A DNA stretch of 40,000 nt from Bisgaard Taxon 45 (GTDB lineage: Bacteria; Pseudomonadota; Gammaproteobacteria; Enterobacterales; Pasteurellaceae), in contig JBLUWJ010000002.1 of NCBI GenBank assembly GCA_049888895.1, positions 104,925 to 144,924 of the forward strand, written 5' to 3'. A program made the position numbers and the translations under genes. Every line of letters starts with the position of its first letter. The first letter of the stretch is position 1. Shown piece after piece: positions 26,500 through 36,355 of this stretch. The notes under the pieces were generated by a model that was not told the origin of the DNA, made no database searches, and worked only from the letters and a program-made list of their open reading frames with translations.

Positions 26500-28653
26500 T
26501 TAATTAACCAATGCCTCAGATTTTAGGTGGTGTTTCAGTTTAGTATATTCCTCAATAACATAACGCTCTGCCCAGGCTTGATCATCAATTTTTTCAATCC
26601 GCACCGCACTATATTTATATTCTGGCGTACGAGACCCTGGATTTAGATGCTCAGCGGTCAATGCGTTACATTTCCCAATCCACCATTGATAGGTCATATA
26701 GCACGCGCCTTTATTTGTTCGAGCACTGACATCGGCGCGAGAAATGACTTTACCGCGAGAATTTAGCACCCAAACTAGCTCACCATGTTTAATACCTAAT
26801 TCTTTGGCATCTAGATTATTCATTTGAACAAATCCCGGTTCATCGGCTAATGCCGCTAAAGATTTACAATTTCCGGTCATTGAACGACAAGAGTAATGTC
26901 CCACTTCACGGACGGTAGAAAGAACCATTGGGTACTCTTCGGAGACATCCTCCATTGGTGGCAACCAATCGCAAGCAAAGAATTCTGCTTTTCCTCCCTC
27001 ACGGTCAAATATTTGTCCTTTATACAAATATTGTGTCCCCTGATCTTCTGGTCCTTCATCGTAGCAAGGCCATTGGATATACCCCATACCTTCCATTTTC
27101 TCATACGTGGCCCCTTTATAAATTGGGCAAAGCTGACGAAGTTCGTCCCAAATTTCTTTGGTATTGTTGTAGTGCATTGGATAACCCATTGCAGTAGAGA
27201 TTTCACTGATAATTTCCCAATCGTGTTTAACATCGCCAACCGGCTCTACCGCTTTATAGAAACGTTGGAATCCACGGTCTGCCGCAGAATAAACACCTTC
27301 ATGTTCTGCACAAGATGTTGCCGGTAAAATCACGTCAGCGGCGGCAGCAGTTTGGGTCATAAAAATGTCTTGTACAATGATAAACTCAAGATCTTCAAAG
27401 GTTTTCTTCATTGCATTAATATCAGGTTCAGTTTGTAACGTATCTTCACCCATAATATAGAATGCTTTGAGATGACCTTCTTTGACGGCATGTGGTACCT
27501 CACTTAATGGTACACCAGGTTTAGTATTTAATTCATCTACTCCCCAAGCATTGGCAAATTTTTTCATGGTCGCTGGATCATTTAAACGCTGATAACCTGG
27601 TAATGTATTATACAGCGCGCCCATATCACACGCACCCTGAACGTTATTTTGTCCACGCACTGGGTTTACACCAACATTGGGTTTGCCTAAATTCCCTGTT
27701 AGCATAGCAATACTGGCGAGTGAACGAACGGCCTCAACGCCTTGACGGAATTGACAGACGCCCATTCCCCACAGAATGGTTGCACTTTCTGCCGTCGCAT
27801 AAGTACGGGCAATATCACGTACCATTTGAGGCTCAATCCCTGTAATGTGTGCGGTAGATTCTGGGGTGTAATTTTTGACGATTTCATACATTTCATCATA
27901 ATTTTCTGTATGTTCATCAATAAATTTCTGATCAACTAAGTTTTCTTCTATAATCACGTGCATCATTGCGTTAAGGAATGCGACATTACTACCATTTTTT
28001 AATGGCGCATAAATATCCGCAATCCTTGCCGTTTCAATTTTACGTGGGTCACAAACAATTATTTTTGCGCCTTTTTCTTTCGCTCTGTTAATACGACGTG
28101 CAACAATCGGATGTGATGTTGATGCATTATAACCAAAGATAAACAAGCATTTTGTCTCTTCAATCTCAACAATAGAGTTTGACATTGCTCCGTTACCGAC
28201 CGATTTGAGCAGACCTGCTACAGAAGGGCCATGTCAGACACGTGCACAACAGTCAACATTATTATTTCTTAATCCCGCACGGGCAAATTTTTGCATCACA
28301 TAATTCGCTTCATTCCCTGCACCGCGGGAGGAGCCTGTCACCATGATGGATTCATTGCCATATTTATTACGAATTTCTGTTAAACGGTTTGCACAGTAGC
28401 TAATGGCTTCGTCCCAACTAACCGGTGTGAATTTTTCGCCACGTTTATAACGAATCATTGGTTGAGTTAATCTTGGTGTTAAAATTTTTGTATCATGCAC
28501 AAAATCCCAACCATAGTATCCTTTTAGACAAAGTTCACCTTCATTGGTGAGACCATTTGCACCTTCAGCTCCCACAATCTTATTGTTTTCGACCAACAAA
28601 TAGATTTTGCAACCAGAGGCACAATATGGACATACAGTAATTACTTTTTTCAT
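26500..28653 (-). CDS. fdhF: Formate dehydrogenase H, selenocysteine-containing (in-frame TGA at 28234-28236)
   Basis: The two track ORFs (28234-28659 and 26500-28185) are one gene. Reading through gives ..NNNVDCCARV-U-HGPSVAGLLKSVGNGAMSN.., which is colinear with E. coli FdhF ..NNVDCCARVUHGPSVAGLHQSVGNGAMSN... N-terminal MKKVITVCPYCASGCKI 4Fe-4S motif. The whole length is similar to E. coli FdhF. Confidence 0.93.
28196..28233 (-). promoter_or_regulatory. Bacterial SECIS hairpin immediately 3' of the UGA codon
   Basis: The mRNA reads UGA-CAUGGCCCUUCUGUAGCAGGUCUGCUCAAAUCGGUCGG. The apical AGCA-GGUC-UGCU mirrors E. coli fdhF UGCA-GGUC-UGCA, with a compensatory U-A to A-U swap at the base pair furthest from the loop. 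Confidence 0.8.
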
Positions 28654-28683
28654 AATCATTGTCCTTTGTTGATGTTGCTTTAT

Positions 28684-28699
28684 GTGAACCGAAGTTCAC
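28684..28699 (-). other. GUGAAC-UUCG-GUUCAC tetraloop hairpin between hycI and fdhF
   Basis: Perfect 6-bp stem with a UUCG loop on the transcribed (minus) strand and no U-tract after it. Confidence 0.5.
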
Positions 28700-28749
28700 T
28701 CCCCACATTGTACGACGCTATTTGATAAGAGATCCCATCACCTTGGCTC

Positions 28750-29202
28750 TTACAGCGAACTAAAGTGCGGTCCGTTTTGCCAATTTTTTAGTGCATCATA
28801 AATTTGCACTACCCCTTTTTTTACGCAAGGGGTCATTGGGAACATAAAAGAGACAATATCAGGTTGAATCCCAATAAAATGTACTGCATTGATTTCTTGT
28901 TCTAATTGTTCGATTAAAAAGTTGAGCGGTAGATTATGTGTGCTCATAATAAACATATCTGCAATCAGCGCTTTATCAATAAAACGGATTTCTCCAGCAG
29001 CAAGATCCATTTCTGTAGCATCGACGATCACTAAACGCTCTGGTTTGATCTGCCGAATGATATGTACCTGATTTTCAGGCATCGATCCGCCATTAATCGC
29101 TTGCCAATTCGGCAGCGGTGCTTTTTGCAACATTTCATAAAGCATAATACCCGCTGCATCATCGCCCATCATGCTATTACCAACACAAAGTACAACATTC
29201 AT
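28750..29202 (-). CDS. hycI: Hydrogenase 3/4 large-subunit C-terminal endopeptidase HycI
   Basis: MNVVLCVGNSMMGDDAAGIMLYE..LVIVDATEM.. is the HycI/HyaD protease family. 150 aa from the ATG at 29202. That ATG shares one nt with the upstream stop (TAATG). Confidence 0.88.
   Translation of the reverse strand: MNVVLCVGNSMMGDDAAGIMLYEMLQKAPLPNWQAINGGSMPENQVHIIRQIKPERLVIVDATEMDLAAGEIRFIDKALIADMFIMSTHNLPLNFLIEQLEQEINAVHFIGIQPDIVSFMFPMTPCVKKGVVQIYDALKNWQNGPHFSSL
28763..28771 (+). repeat. Uptake signal sequence core AAGTGCGGT
   Basis: Exact 9-mer (inside hycI, antisense). Confidence 0.9.
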
Positions 29203-29627
29203 TATCCCCTCCGTTTTACCATAAGGTACATGACGGGTTCTTTTTGAATGGCGGCAAAGGTTGCCATTAAAATGTCTGTCCATTTACATTCTTGGGGATT
29301 GAAGTGCGGTCTATTTTTACTGAACATGATTGCTAAACTATTGATATGTGTAATATCAATCATAATTTCGCCAAACTTAATTAAACCGACTAATTTTCGT
29401 TTTGCCTCACTTTCAGGCAGTTTATCTAGCCATTGTTTATAGTCTTCATAAGGGCATTGTAAAATAGGTTTAAAGCAGTCAATGACCCCCACATGATGTC
29501 CAATGGCCAATGAGTAATACATGACTTGTTGACTTTGTTCAGGCACATCTTCATCTCTGTCCACAAATTTCTGATTGAGCACATAAAACTCAACAATGGG
29601 TTGTGAGTATTGACGATAACGATCCAT
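29202..29627 (-). CDS. hyfJ: Formate hydrogenlyase maturation protein HyfJ/HycH
   Basis: 141 aa. VMYYSLAIGHHVGVIDCF is the HycH family block. Position after hyfI. Confidence 0.8.
   Translation of the reverse strand: MDRYRQYSQPIVEFYVLNQKFVDRDEDVPEQSQQVMYYSLAIGHHVGVIDCFKPILQCPYEDYKQWLDKLPESEAKRKLVGLIKFGEIMIDITHINSLAIMFSKNRPHFNPQECKWTDILMATFAAIQKEPVMYLMVKRRG
29302..29310 (+). repeat. Uptake signal sequence core AAGTGCGGT
   Basis: Exact 9-mer (inside hyfJ, antisense). Confidence 0.9.
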
Positions 29628-29635
29628 TTAAAACC

Positions 29636-30400
29636 TCAACCTGAAAATGGGAGACTAATGGCATGTAAGCGATGCATTATCTCACTCAAACGTGGATCTT
29701 GTTCTTTTGCTAAGTATTCGCCAAGACGAACACCAAAAGGAATCGATTCATTTGCTGTCATCATTTTTAAATACCGCGTTGCGATATCTCCACCTTGACG
29801 GTATCCAGCCAAACGTCTTGCTTCTCGTTCTAATTCAATGCGTAAGTCTGCTGGCACAGAAGGAAAGTGAAGTTGGGCGTTTATTTTCGGATCGGCTACT
29901 TCTTGTTTGCCTTTTAGTTTTTGATCGAGTAAACCTAATGCCATTGCAAAACCATAAATAGTTGCGGCAGGCGTTGGCGGACACCCCGGAATATACACAT
30001 CAATTGGCACGATACGGTCGCTTCCCCCCCAAACACAATAAAGATCATGGAAAATCCCACCACTGCAACCACAGGCACCATAAGAAATACAAATTTTAGG
30101 ATCTGGCGCAGATTCATAGGCTCTAATAGCGGGCACTAACATGGAACGTGTCACGGCACCAGTGAATAAAAGAATGTCAGCATGACGTGGTGAAGCCACC
30201 ACTTTTATGCCAAAACGTTCAGCATCAAATACGGGGGTAATCGTACTAAAAATTTCAATTTCACAACCATTACAACCACCGCAGTCAACACGATAAACAT
30301 AGGCAGAACGTTGGATATCTTTGAGTAATTTGCCTTTTAATTGGGCTATTTGTTCATCAACAGTAAGAGGTTGAACTTGGAAATTTTGTAAATCAGTCAT
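29636..30400 (-). CDS. hyfI: Hydrogenase-4 small subunit HyfI (HycG/NuoB-like)
   Basis: [26 protein letters not shown] cluster-binding cysteines. 254 aa. Confidence 0.9.
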   Translation of the reverse strand: MTDLQNFQVQPLTVDEQIAQLKGKLLKDIQRSAYVYRVDCGGCNGCEIEIFSTITPVFDAERFGIKVVASPRHADILLFTGAVTRSMLVPAIRAYESAPDPKICISYGACGCSGGIFHDLYCVWGGSDRIVPIDVYIPGCPPTPAATIYGFAMALGLLDQKLKGKQEVADPKINAQLHFPSVPADLRIELEREARRLAGYRQGGDIATRYLKMMTANESIPFGVRLGEYLAKEQDPRLSEIMHRLHAISLPFSG

Positions 30401-30966
30401 GTTCTGTCCTCCTGTTGATAGGTTGCTAGGGACATTCCCATTACTTTACCCATTTCGCCAGTTCTATTTAAAGATAATTGTCGGCGACATTCAGGGCAAC
30501 ATGAAAGCACCGCTCGTTGATGTTCAATTTGTTCATCGTTTAAACCGGCTTGTTTTAATAACGCAAGTGTATAGTTAAATTCTTTGTAGCTGGTAAAAGG
30601 TTGATGACAGTGAGAGCAACATATTGTTGGAAATACGGTTTCTTGTAGTAGGTCATTTTTATTGATAACCGCTAATTCAAAATCGGGCGTCAACCGAATG
30701 GCTTTTGTTGGGCAAACTTCTTCGCATCGCCCACAGAAGATGCAACGCGCTAAAAATAAGGACCATGTACGATCGCCTGTGACCGGATCTGTTCTCATCG
30801 TAAGGGCATTCGCCGGACAGGCAATAGTACAAGCAGAGCAGACGATGCATTGATCTGAATTAAATTCAGGTTTTCCACGTAAATCAGGATGCACTTCTAA
30901 AGGTTTAAACGGGTATTTAACGGTCACATCACCTGTTTTAAAGACGGATTTTAAAAGTTTAAACAT
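30397..30966 (-). CDS. hyfH: Hydrogenase-4 2x[4Fe-4S] subunit HyfH (HycF/NuoI-like)
   Basis: [12 protein letters not shown] and [12 protein letters not shown] motifs. Overlaps hyfI by 4 nt. Confidence 0.88.
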   Translation of the reverse strand: MFKLLKSVFKTGDVTVKYPFKPLEVHPDLRGKPEFNSDQCIVCSACTIACPANALTMRTDPVTGDRTWSLFLARCIFCGRCEEVCPTKAIRLTPDFELAVINKNDLLQETVFPTICCSHCHQPFTSYKEFNYTLALLKQAGLNDEQIEHQRAVLSCCPECRRQLSLNRTGEMGKVMGMSLATYQQEDRT

Positions 30967-30976
30967 GTTGTCCTCC

Positions 30977-32701
30977 CTATTTTAACGGAGAGTTTTTACG
31001 TTCAATGCCATAGCGCTCTATTTCTTTATAGTCAATGATTTGCGCTTTACGTTTACGCACGTCAACCACCGTTACACGGTCAGTACAAGAATAACAAGGA
31101 TCCACGCTACCAATAATTAATGGTGCATCAGAAACGGTATTTCCTCGTAACATATAACGTAATACCGGCCAATTTGCATAAGTGGCAGCACGACAACGCC
31201 AACGATAGAGTTTTTGGTTATCACCCAGCATAGACCAATGGATATCTTCGCCACGTGGCGCTTCAGTAATACCTAAAGCAAATTTATAGGGTTGATAAGT
31301 AAAACCTTCAGAAAGTAATGGTCCTTCTGGCAAGTTATCTACCATATATTCCACGATGTTCATCGATTCATAAGTTTCTTGAATGCGAATACTTAAACGT
31401 GCAAAAACATCACAATTATCTGCGTGGTGTGTTTCAAATGGGATTTTGTCATACGCAGAAAATGGATGATATTTACGTACATCCCGTTCAAATCCACTAC
31501 CACGTACTAATGGACCGACAGGGCTATAGTCACGAGCAATCTTATTGGCTAGTTGTCCAATATTGACCGTTCTTTGTTGTATATTGGGGGTATTGAGTAG
31601 AATATCCACTAATTCTTTAAAGTCTTGGCGCATTTCTTTCACTAATTGGATACAGGCATTACGTTGCTCTTTTAAAATATCTCGACGTACACCACCAATA
31701 AGGTTTATTCCGTAAGTTTTTCTTGCTCCTGTCAGTATCTCAGCCAGTGTCATTGACTTCTCTCTAACGCGGAAGAATTGCATAAAACCTGTGTCAAATC
31801 CAACGAAGTGACTAGATAGACCAATATTTAACATATGACTATGTAAACGTTCTACTTCTAATAATAAGGTTCGAATCCATTGCGCCCGTTCGGGTACGAT
31901 TAAACCTAATGCATTTTCTACAGAGTTTGCATAGGCTACACTGTGAGTAAATCCACAGATACCGCAAACACGGTCAGCTAAAAACGTCACTTGATCATAG
32001 TCCATACGCGTTTCTGCCAGTTTTTCCATGCCGCGATGAACATAGAATAGACGATAATCGGCATCAACAATATCTTCACCATCAACAAATAAGCGAAAAT
32101 GTCCGGGTTCGTCAGAAGTAATATGTAATGGCCCGATTGGTACAATTCTTCCTTCACCTTTTTCATTGATAAATTCATAGGTTTCAGTTTCTGTTGTCGG
32201 TTCAGGACGTAAGCGATAGTCCATCGCATCTTTACGTAAAGGATAAAGTCCATCCGGCCAATCGTCAGGGAGTACTAAACGACGTTCATCGGGCAAACCA
32301 ACCGGAATTAAGCCATACATATCACGCACTTCACGCTCTCCCCAAACCGCAGCAGGAACTTTAGGCGTGACAGACGGGTATTCTAATGTAATCGCATCAA
32401 CGAGCGCTTTAATCACCACCCAACTTTTAGTATGACCTTCCATTGATAAGACGTAATACACCGCATAATGACCATTAATTGTTCTCTCATCGTTACCAAA
32501 GAGGACAGAAAGCCACCCATTATGTTCGTAATACAGCCATTCAACGACGTCAGGCAACATATTGGTTTTGACGGTTAATGTCACTTGTTCATCTGTTGAC
32601 CACACTTCCTCTAAAATCGTATTCGGAAATTTCTGTTCAAGTGCGACAACATAGCATTTCCCCGTTTGTTGACCGACGGTAAGATTTTCATTTAAGACCA
32701 T
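30977..32701 (-). CDS. hyfG: Hydrogenase-4 [NiFe] large subunit HyfG (HycE-like, fused NuoC-NuoD)
   Basis: 574 aa. N-terminal Ni ligands RVCGICGFTHS. C-terminal DPCYSCTDR|VTVVDVRKRK..ERKNSPLK, meaning the HycI cleavage site and a 32-aa extension as in E. coli HycE. Confidence 0.93.
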   Translation of the reverse strand: MVLNENLTVGQQTGKCYVVALEQKFPNTILEEVWSTDEQVTLTVKTNMLPDVVEWLYYEHNGWLSVLFGNDERTINGHYAVYYVLSMEGHTKSWVVIKALVDAITLEYPSVTPKVPAAVWGEREVRDMYGLIPVGLPDERRLVLPDDWPDGLYPLRKDAMDYRLRPEPTTETETYEFINEKGEGRIVPIGPLHITSDEPGHFRLFVDGEDIVDADYRLFYVHRGMEKLAETRMDYDQVTFLADRVCGICGFTHSVAYANSVENALGLIVPERAQWIRTLLLEVERLHSHMLNIGLSSHFVGFDTGFMQFFRVREKSMTLAEILTGARKTYGINLIGGVRRDILKEQRNACIQLVKEMRQDFKELVDILLNTPNIQQRTVNIGQLANKIARDYSPVGPLVRGSGFERDVRKYHPFSAYDKIPFETHHADNCDVFARLSIRIQETYESMNIVEYMVDNLPEGPLLSEGFTYQPYKFALGITEAPRGEDIHWSMLGDNQKLYRWRCRAATYANWPVLRYMLRGNTVSDAPLIIGSVDPCYSCTDRVTVVDVRKRKAQIIDYKEIERYGIERKNSPLK

Positions 32702-32721
32702 AATTTCCCCCTAATGTCGAT

Positions 32722-34242
32722 CTAGTTATTTAATGGTAACCAAGGTAATACATCTGCGAGTGCCAGATTTTTCCCTAATACAATATTGACTGCGTTATGT
32801 AACAGTTGCAGCATCGGTTCACTGAGGTATAAGCCAAAGAGGAACATTAAGCCAAGTAAAACGGCCATGGCAACAAGCGTTGTTATTGAAAATTCCCCCT
32901 CCTCAATATGTTCTGGTTTATCGCCTAATACGGTATTGAGGATCATTTTAGCTAATGCCGTTAATACGATGGTTAACAATAATAAGCAGAATAACATGAG
33001 ACCAATATGACCAGCAGAAATCCCTGCTGTCACAAGTGCTAATTCACTAATAAATAAGTTAAACGGTGGAATACCACTTAAAGCTAATGCACCGCCCGCA
33101 AAGAGAAGCGCCGTCACTGGCATGGTTTTCCATAATCCTCTGACTTCGCCGATATCACGGCTGTGATATTTGACTAAAATATTCCCTGAGGCACAGAAAA
33201 GTAGGGTTTTGGCGAGACTATGATTAATGGTATGTAATAATCCCGCAAATACACCAAGTGGCCCGCCAATACCAAAACCTAATGCAATTAATCCCATATT
33301 TTCAATACTCGAATAGGCTAATAAACGTTTTATATCGCGTTGTGCAATGATAAATAAGGCGGCAATTGCCACAGAGACAATACCAAAGGCTAACAATAAG
33401 GTTTGAGCAAAAGCATCGCCAATCGCTTTATTAGTAATAATGTAATAACGAATCACAATAAGCATTGCACAGTTAAGTAGAATGCCAGATAAAATCGCAC
33501 TGACGGGGCTAGGCGCCTCACTATGCGCATCGGGTAACCAAGTATGCATTGGAAAGAAACCACATTTGGTGCCAAATCCAATTAAGATAAAAATAAAAGC
33601 AAGATGGACGAGTGCGGGATCAAGTGCGCTTGCATTTTCATTTATTTTTGTCCAGAAAATAGCCTGTTCTGGATCAGCTAATATGTTACTTGCATCCGCA
33701 AAGATGAGTAGCGTGCCATATAAACCAAATGCGACCCCGACAGAACAAATAATGACGTATTTCCAGGCGGCCTCTAACGAAGTTCGTTTGCTATAAGCCC
33801 CGACTAAAAAGGCTGAACTTAGTGTGGTTGCTTCAATACCGACCCACATGACAATAATGTTATTTGTCATTACAGAAAGAAACATCGTAAAGAAGAATAG
33901 GTGGAAAAAACCATAGTAATTGCTGTATTGCAAAAGACTAAATTCACCTAACGCGAGCTCTTTATTCATATAGCCAATGGAATAAATACCAGCAAGTAAG
34001 CCAACTATTCCTATGATAATAACGAAGATAGCGGATAAACTGTCTACATAGAACCAATGACCTTCGGTGCTTACCGACCCTTGTGATAAGACATCGATAC
34101 CCAGTCTAAGTGTGAAAAACGCCATCAGCATCAACCCAGTGACATGTAAGCTCATGCTCCAACTTTTAGAACCTATACGAGCAGAAACAAAGCAACCGAG
34201 AGAGACTAGTAATGGTGTAAGTAATAAAATTTCTATCCACAT
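32722..34242 (-). CDS. hyfF: Hydrogenase-4 antiporter-like membrane subunit HyfF (NuoN/M-like)
   Basis: 506-aa polytopic protein with a Mrp/NuoLMN-type core. Position and size match E. coli HyfF. Confidence 0.8.
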   Translation of the reverse strand: MWIEILLLTPLLVSLGCFVSARIGSKSWSMSLHVTGLMLMAFFTLRLGIDVLSQGSVSTEGHWFYVDSLSAIFVIIIGIVGLLAGIYSIGYMNKELALGEFSLLQYSNYYGFFHLFFFTMFLSVMTNNIIVMWVGIEATTLSSAFLVGAYSKRTSLEAAWKYVIICSVGVAFGLYGTLLIFADASNILADPEQAIFWTKINENASALDPALVHLAFIFILIGFGTKCGFFPMHTWLPDAHSEAPSPVSAILSGILLNCAMLIVIRYYIITNKAIGDAFAQTLLLAFGIVSVAIAALFIIAQRDIKRLLAYSSIENMGLIALGFGIGGPLGVFAGLLHTINHSLAKTLLFCASGNILVKYHSRDIGEVRGLWKTMPVTALLFAGGALALSGIPPFNLFISELALVTAGISAGHIGLMLFCLLLLTIVLTALAKMILNTVLGDKPEHIEEGEFSITTLVAMAVLLGLMFLFGLYLSEPMLQLLHNAVNIVLGKNLALADVLPWLPLNN

Positions 34243-34246
34243 AACC

Positions 34247-34894
34247 TTACCCCTTTAACTCACTGAGATCTTTAGAGTCTAAGCTATTGATCTTATGATA
34301 AATTTTATTGACTAGTACCACCATAATAATAATCGCGAAAATTGCATCAGTTGAGATACCAATTTCAACCAATTTAGGTGCATTATTCGCCAGTAAAGCC
34401 AAACTGAGATGGGCACCGTTTTCCATTAAGCAATAACCAAATACTTGCTTTAAAATATGGCGTTGTGAGGCAATACACAGCAACCCTAAAAAGAAATGTG
34501 CAAAGGAAACGGCAAGTGCGGGTTTCAAATTTTCTACTACAGCTAAATTAATTGGCTCTACAATTAAATGACTAACTAACATCACTATTGGTAAAATAGG
34601 CAGTAGCCAAGCTTTGTTTAATCCGTCTGAAAAATCATTTTCAGGTAACTTTTTGACCATATATAAAATGAGTGCAGGCACAAACACGACTTTAGTAAAA
34701 AAAGCTGAAATTGACCACACATATAACTCATGCGCTTGCATAATGTCGGCAAGGCTAAAGAAGAGTGCCACTAATACAAAAGACTGAATCGCATAACCAA
34801 TCGCTGCACTTTTTACTTTTTTTGTATAAATAATAATGATAGATGTAAAAATAAGTAATCCAGCCAAACTATTGACGAATAATAAACTTGTCAT
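34247..34894 (-). CDS. hyfE: Hydrogenase-4 membrane subunit HyfE
   Basis: 215 aa, hydrophobic. Size and position match E. coli HyfE (216 aa). Confidence 0.75.
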   Translation of the reverse strand: MTSLLFVNSLAGLLIFTSIIIIYTKKVKSAAIGYAIQSFVLVALFFSLADIMQAHELYVWSISAFFTKVVFVPALILYMVKKLPENDFSDGLNKAWLLPILPIVMLVSHLIVEPINLAVVENLKPALAVSFAHFFLGLLCIASQRHILKQVFGYCLMENGAHLSLALLANNAPKLVEIGISTDAIFAIIIMVVLVNKIYHKINSLDSKDLSELKG

Positions 34895-34903
34895 GATTCC
34901 CCC

Positions 34904-36346
34904 TTAACCTAGCCACCAAGCTGCAATGACACTAGAAAATACAGACATCAGCATTAACACAATTAAAACAAAGGACATCGATTTTGGTAATGGTTGTGCA
35001 TCAATCACCTCTTGTGATGGTTCACCAATGACACATTGTCCAAATCGATATAGCAACCAAACAAACGTGGCAATAGACTCAATCAGTGCGAGAATAATTA
35101 ATGGCATAATCCAACCATGCAGTTGACTCACTTCAAACCCTGCCGCAAATAGTGGGAATTTACTGAAGAAACCATTAAATGGCGGAACCCCAGCTATGGC
35201 AAGTGTCGCAATGCCAAAGCCGGTTCCAATTAATGGCATTGTTCGCATAATGCCTTGTAAACGAGAAATTAATCGGGTACCGGTACTGTAACTTAATGCC
35301 CCCGCAATGAGGAAGAATAAGCTTTTGGCAAAAGCATGGTTGAAGATATAAACAATGGCGGCAATGAACGCCAGTTTTGAATCAAATACTGCAAGTGATA
35401 AGGCAATAAAAATATAAGCTAACTGTGTAATGGTGGAATAAGCTAATAAGCGTTTTAAATCATCCTGTGGTAAATACATTAAGAAACCATAAATTAGCGT
35501 GATCATTGCCATAATGAGTCCTACCACCCCAATCACCTCAGGAATATCGCCTGCAGAATACACCGCTCTTGCAAAAATATAGACTCCTACTTTTACCATC
35601 GATGCCGCATGTAAATATGCACTGACAGGTGTTGGTGCTTCCATCGCATTTGGTAGCCAAATATGTAATGGCATTTGCGCGGATTTCCCCCATGCCGCGA
35701 TCATTACACCAAGTAAGACACAAATTTTTCCAGTTGGTGTGAGCGCAGACAGCGCATTGAGTGAAAATGTCCCACTTTGACTAAATAAATAGGCGGCGGC
35801 AAAATATAACCCTAATGCACCAATATGAGTGAGTATCAAGGCTTTCATTGCTGCGGCTTTAGCTTTAGGTGTTTGGTAATAACTGATTAATCCCCAAGAA
35901 CAAGCCCCAGTAATTTCAAAGAAGAATAATTGTCCAATAAGCGTAGAAGAAAAGACTAACCCCGCCATTGCCCCAATAAAGATAAGTAAGAATGCATAAA
36001 AGCGTGGTTTACCTGCATGGGGATGTTCTTTATTTTCACGCGTTAAATAACCACAGGAATAAAGTGCAATAAAGAAACCTAATACCACCACCGCAAAGCC
36101 AATTAAAGTACTGACCTCATCTAAGGTGATGCCCCAAATCACCATATGCCCAAAGCTAATCATGTCATAAGTAATGGGCGTTCTACCATTGCTATGCCAG
36201 TTGAGTGCAAGGAATAAAACCAGTAATGAGCTGAATAGGGCAATAGCCGTTGCAAATTTTGCAAAGTGATTGCGCACAACCGGTAAGCCTGTTATGAATG
36301 CGCCTATGAAAGGCAGTATAATGGTCATGAGTGCTAAACTTTCCAT
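34904..36346 (-). CDS. hyfD: Hydrogenase-4 antiporter-like membrane subunit HyfD
   Basis: 480 aa (E. coli HyfD is 479 aa). NuoM/N-type motifs: WLPNAMEAPTPVSAYLHAA. Confidence 0.8.
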   Translation of the reverse strand: MESLALMTIILPFIGAFITGLPVVRNHFAKFATAIALFSSLLVLFLALNWHSNGRTPITYDMISFGHMVIWGITLDEVSTLIGFAVVVLGFFIALYSCGYLTRENKEHPHAGKPRFYAFLLIFIGAMAGLVFSSTLIGQLFFFEITGACSWGLISYYQTPKAKAAAMKALILTHIGALGLYFAAAYLFSQSGTFSLNALSALTPTGKICVLLGVMIAAWGKSAQMPLHIWLPNAMEAPTPVSAYLHAASMVKVGVYIFARAVYSAGDIPEVIGVVGLIMAMITLIYGFLMYLPQDDLKRLLAYSTITQLAYIFIALSLAVFDSKLAFIAAIVYIFNHAFAKSLFFLIAGALSYSTGTRLISRLQGIMRTMPLIGTGFGIATLAIAGVPPFNGFFSKFPLFAAGFEVSQLHGWIMPLIILALIESIATFVWLLYRFGQCVIGEPSQEVIDAQPLPKSMSFVLIVLMLMSVFSSVIAAWWLG

Positions 36347-36355
36347 TATTTCCCC

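Noticed and set aside
26877-27939. Several 65-143 aa ORFs inside fdhF on both strands (26877-27239, 26896-27327, 26928-27197, 27699-27935, 27742-27939)
   Set aside because: They lie entirely within a strongly supported, highly conserved CDS. Their sequences are low quality with no start context.
26500-28659. fdhF as a disrupted pseudogene (two ORFs separated by a stop codon)
   Set aside because: The stop is a TGA at exactly the selenocysteine position of E. coli FdhF. A conserved SECIS hairpin follows it, and the reading frame continues colinearly with E. coli FdhF.
28675-28692. Sigma-54 promoter for fdhF
   Set aside because: Only the GG and GC dinucleotides and their spacing match. The motif is confounded by the tetraloop hairpin, and I cannot confirm that rpoN or fhlA exist in this lineage. 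I kept it only as a caveat in a finding.
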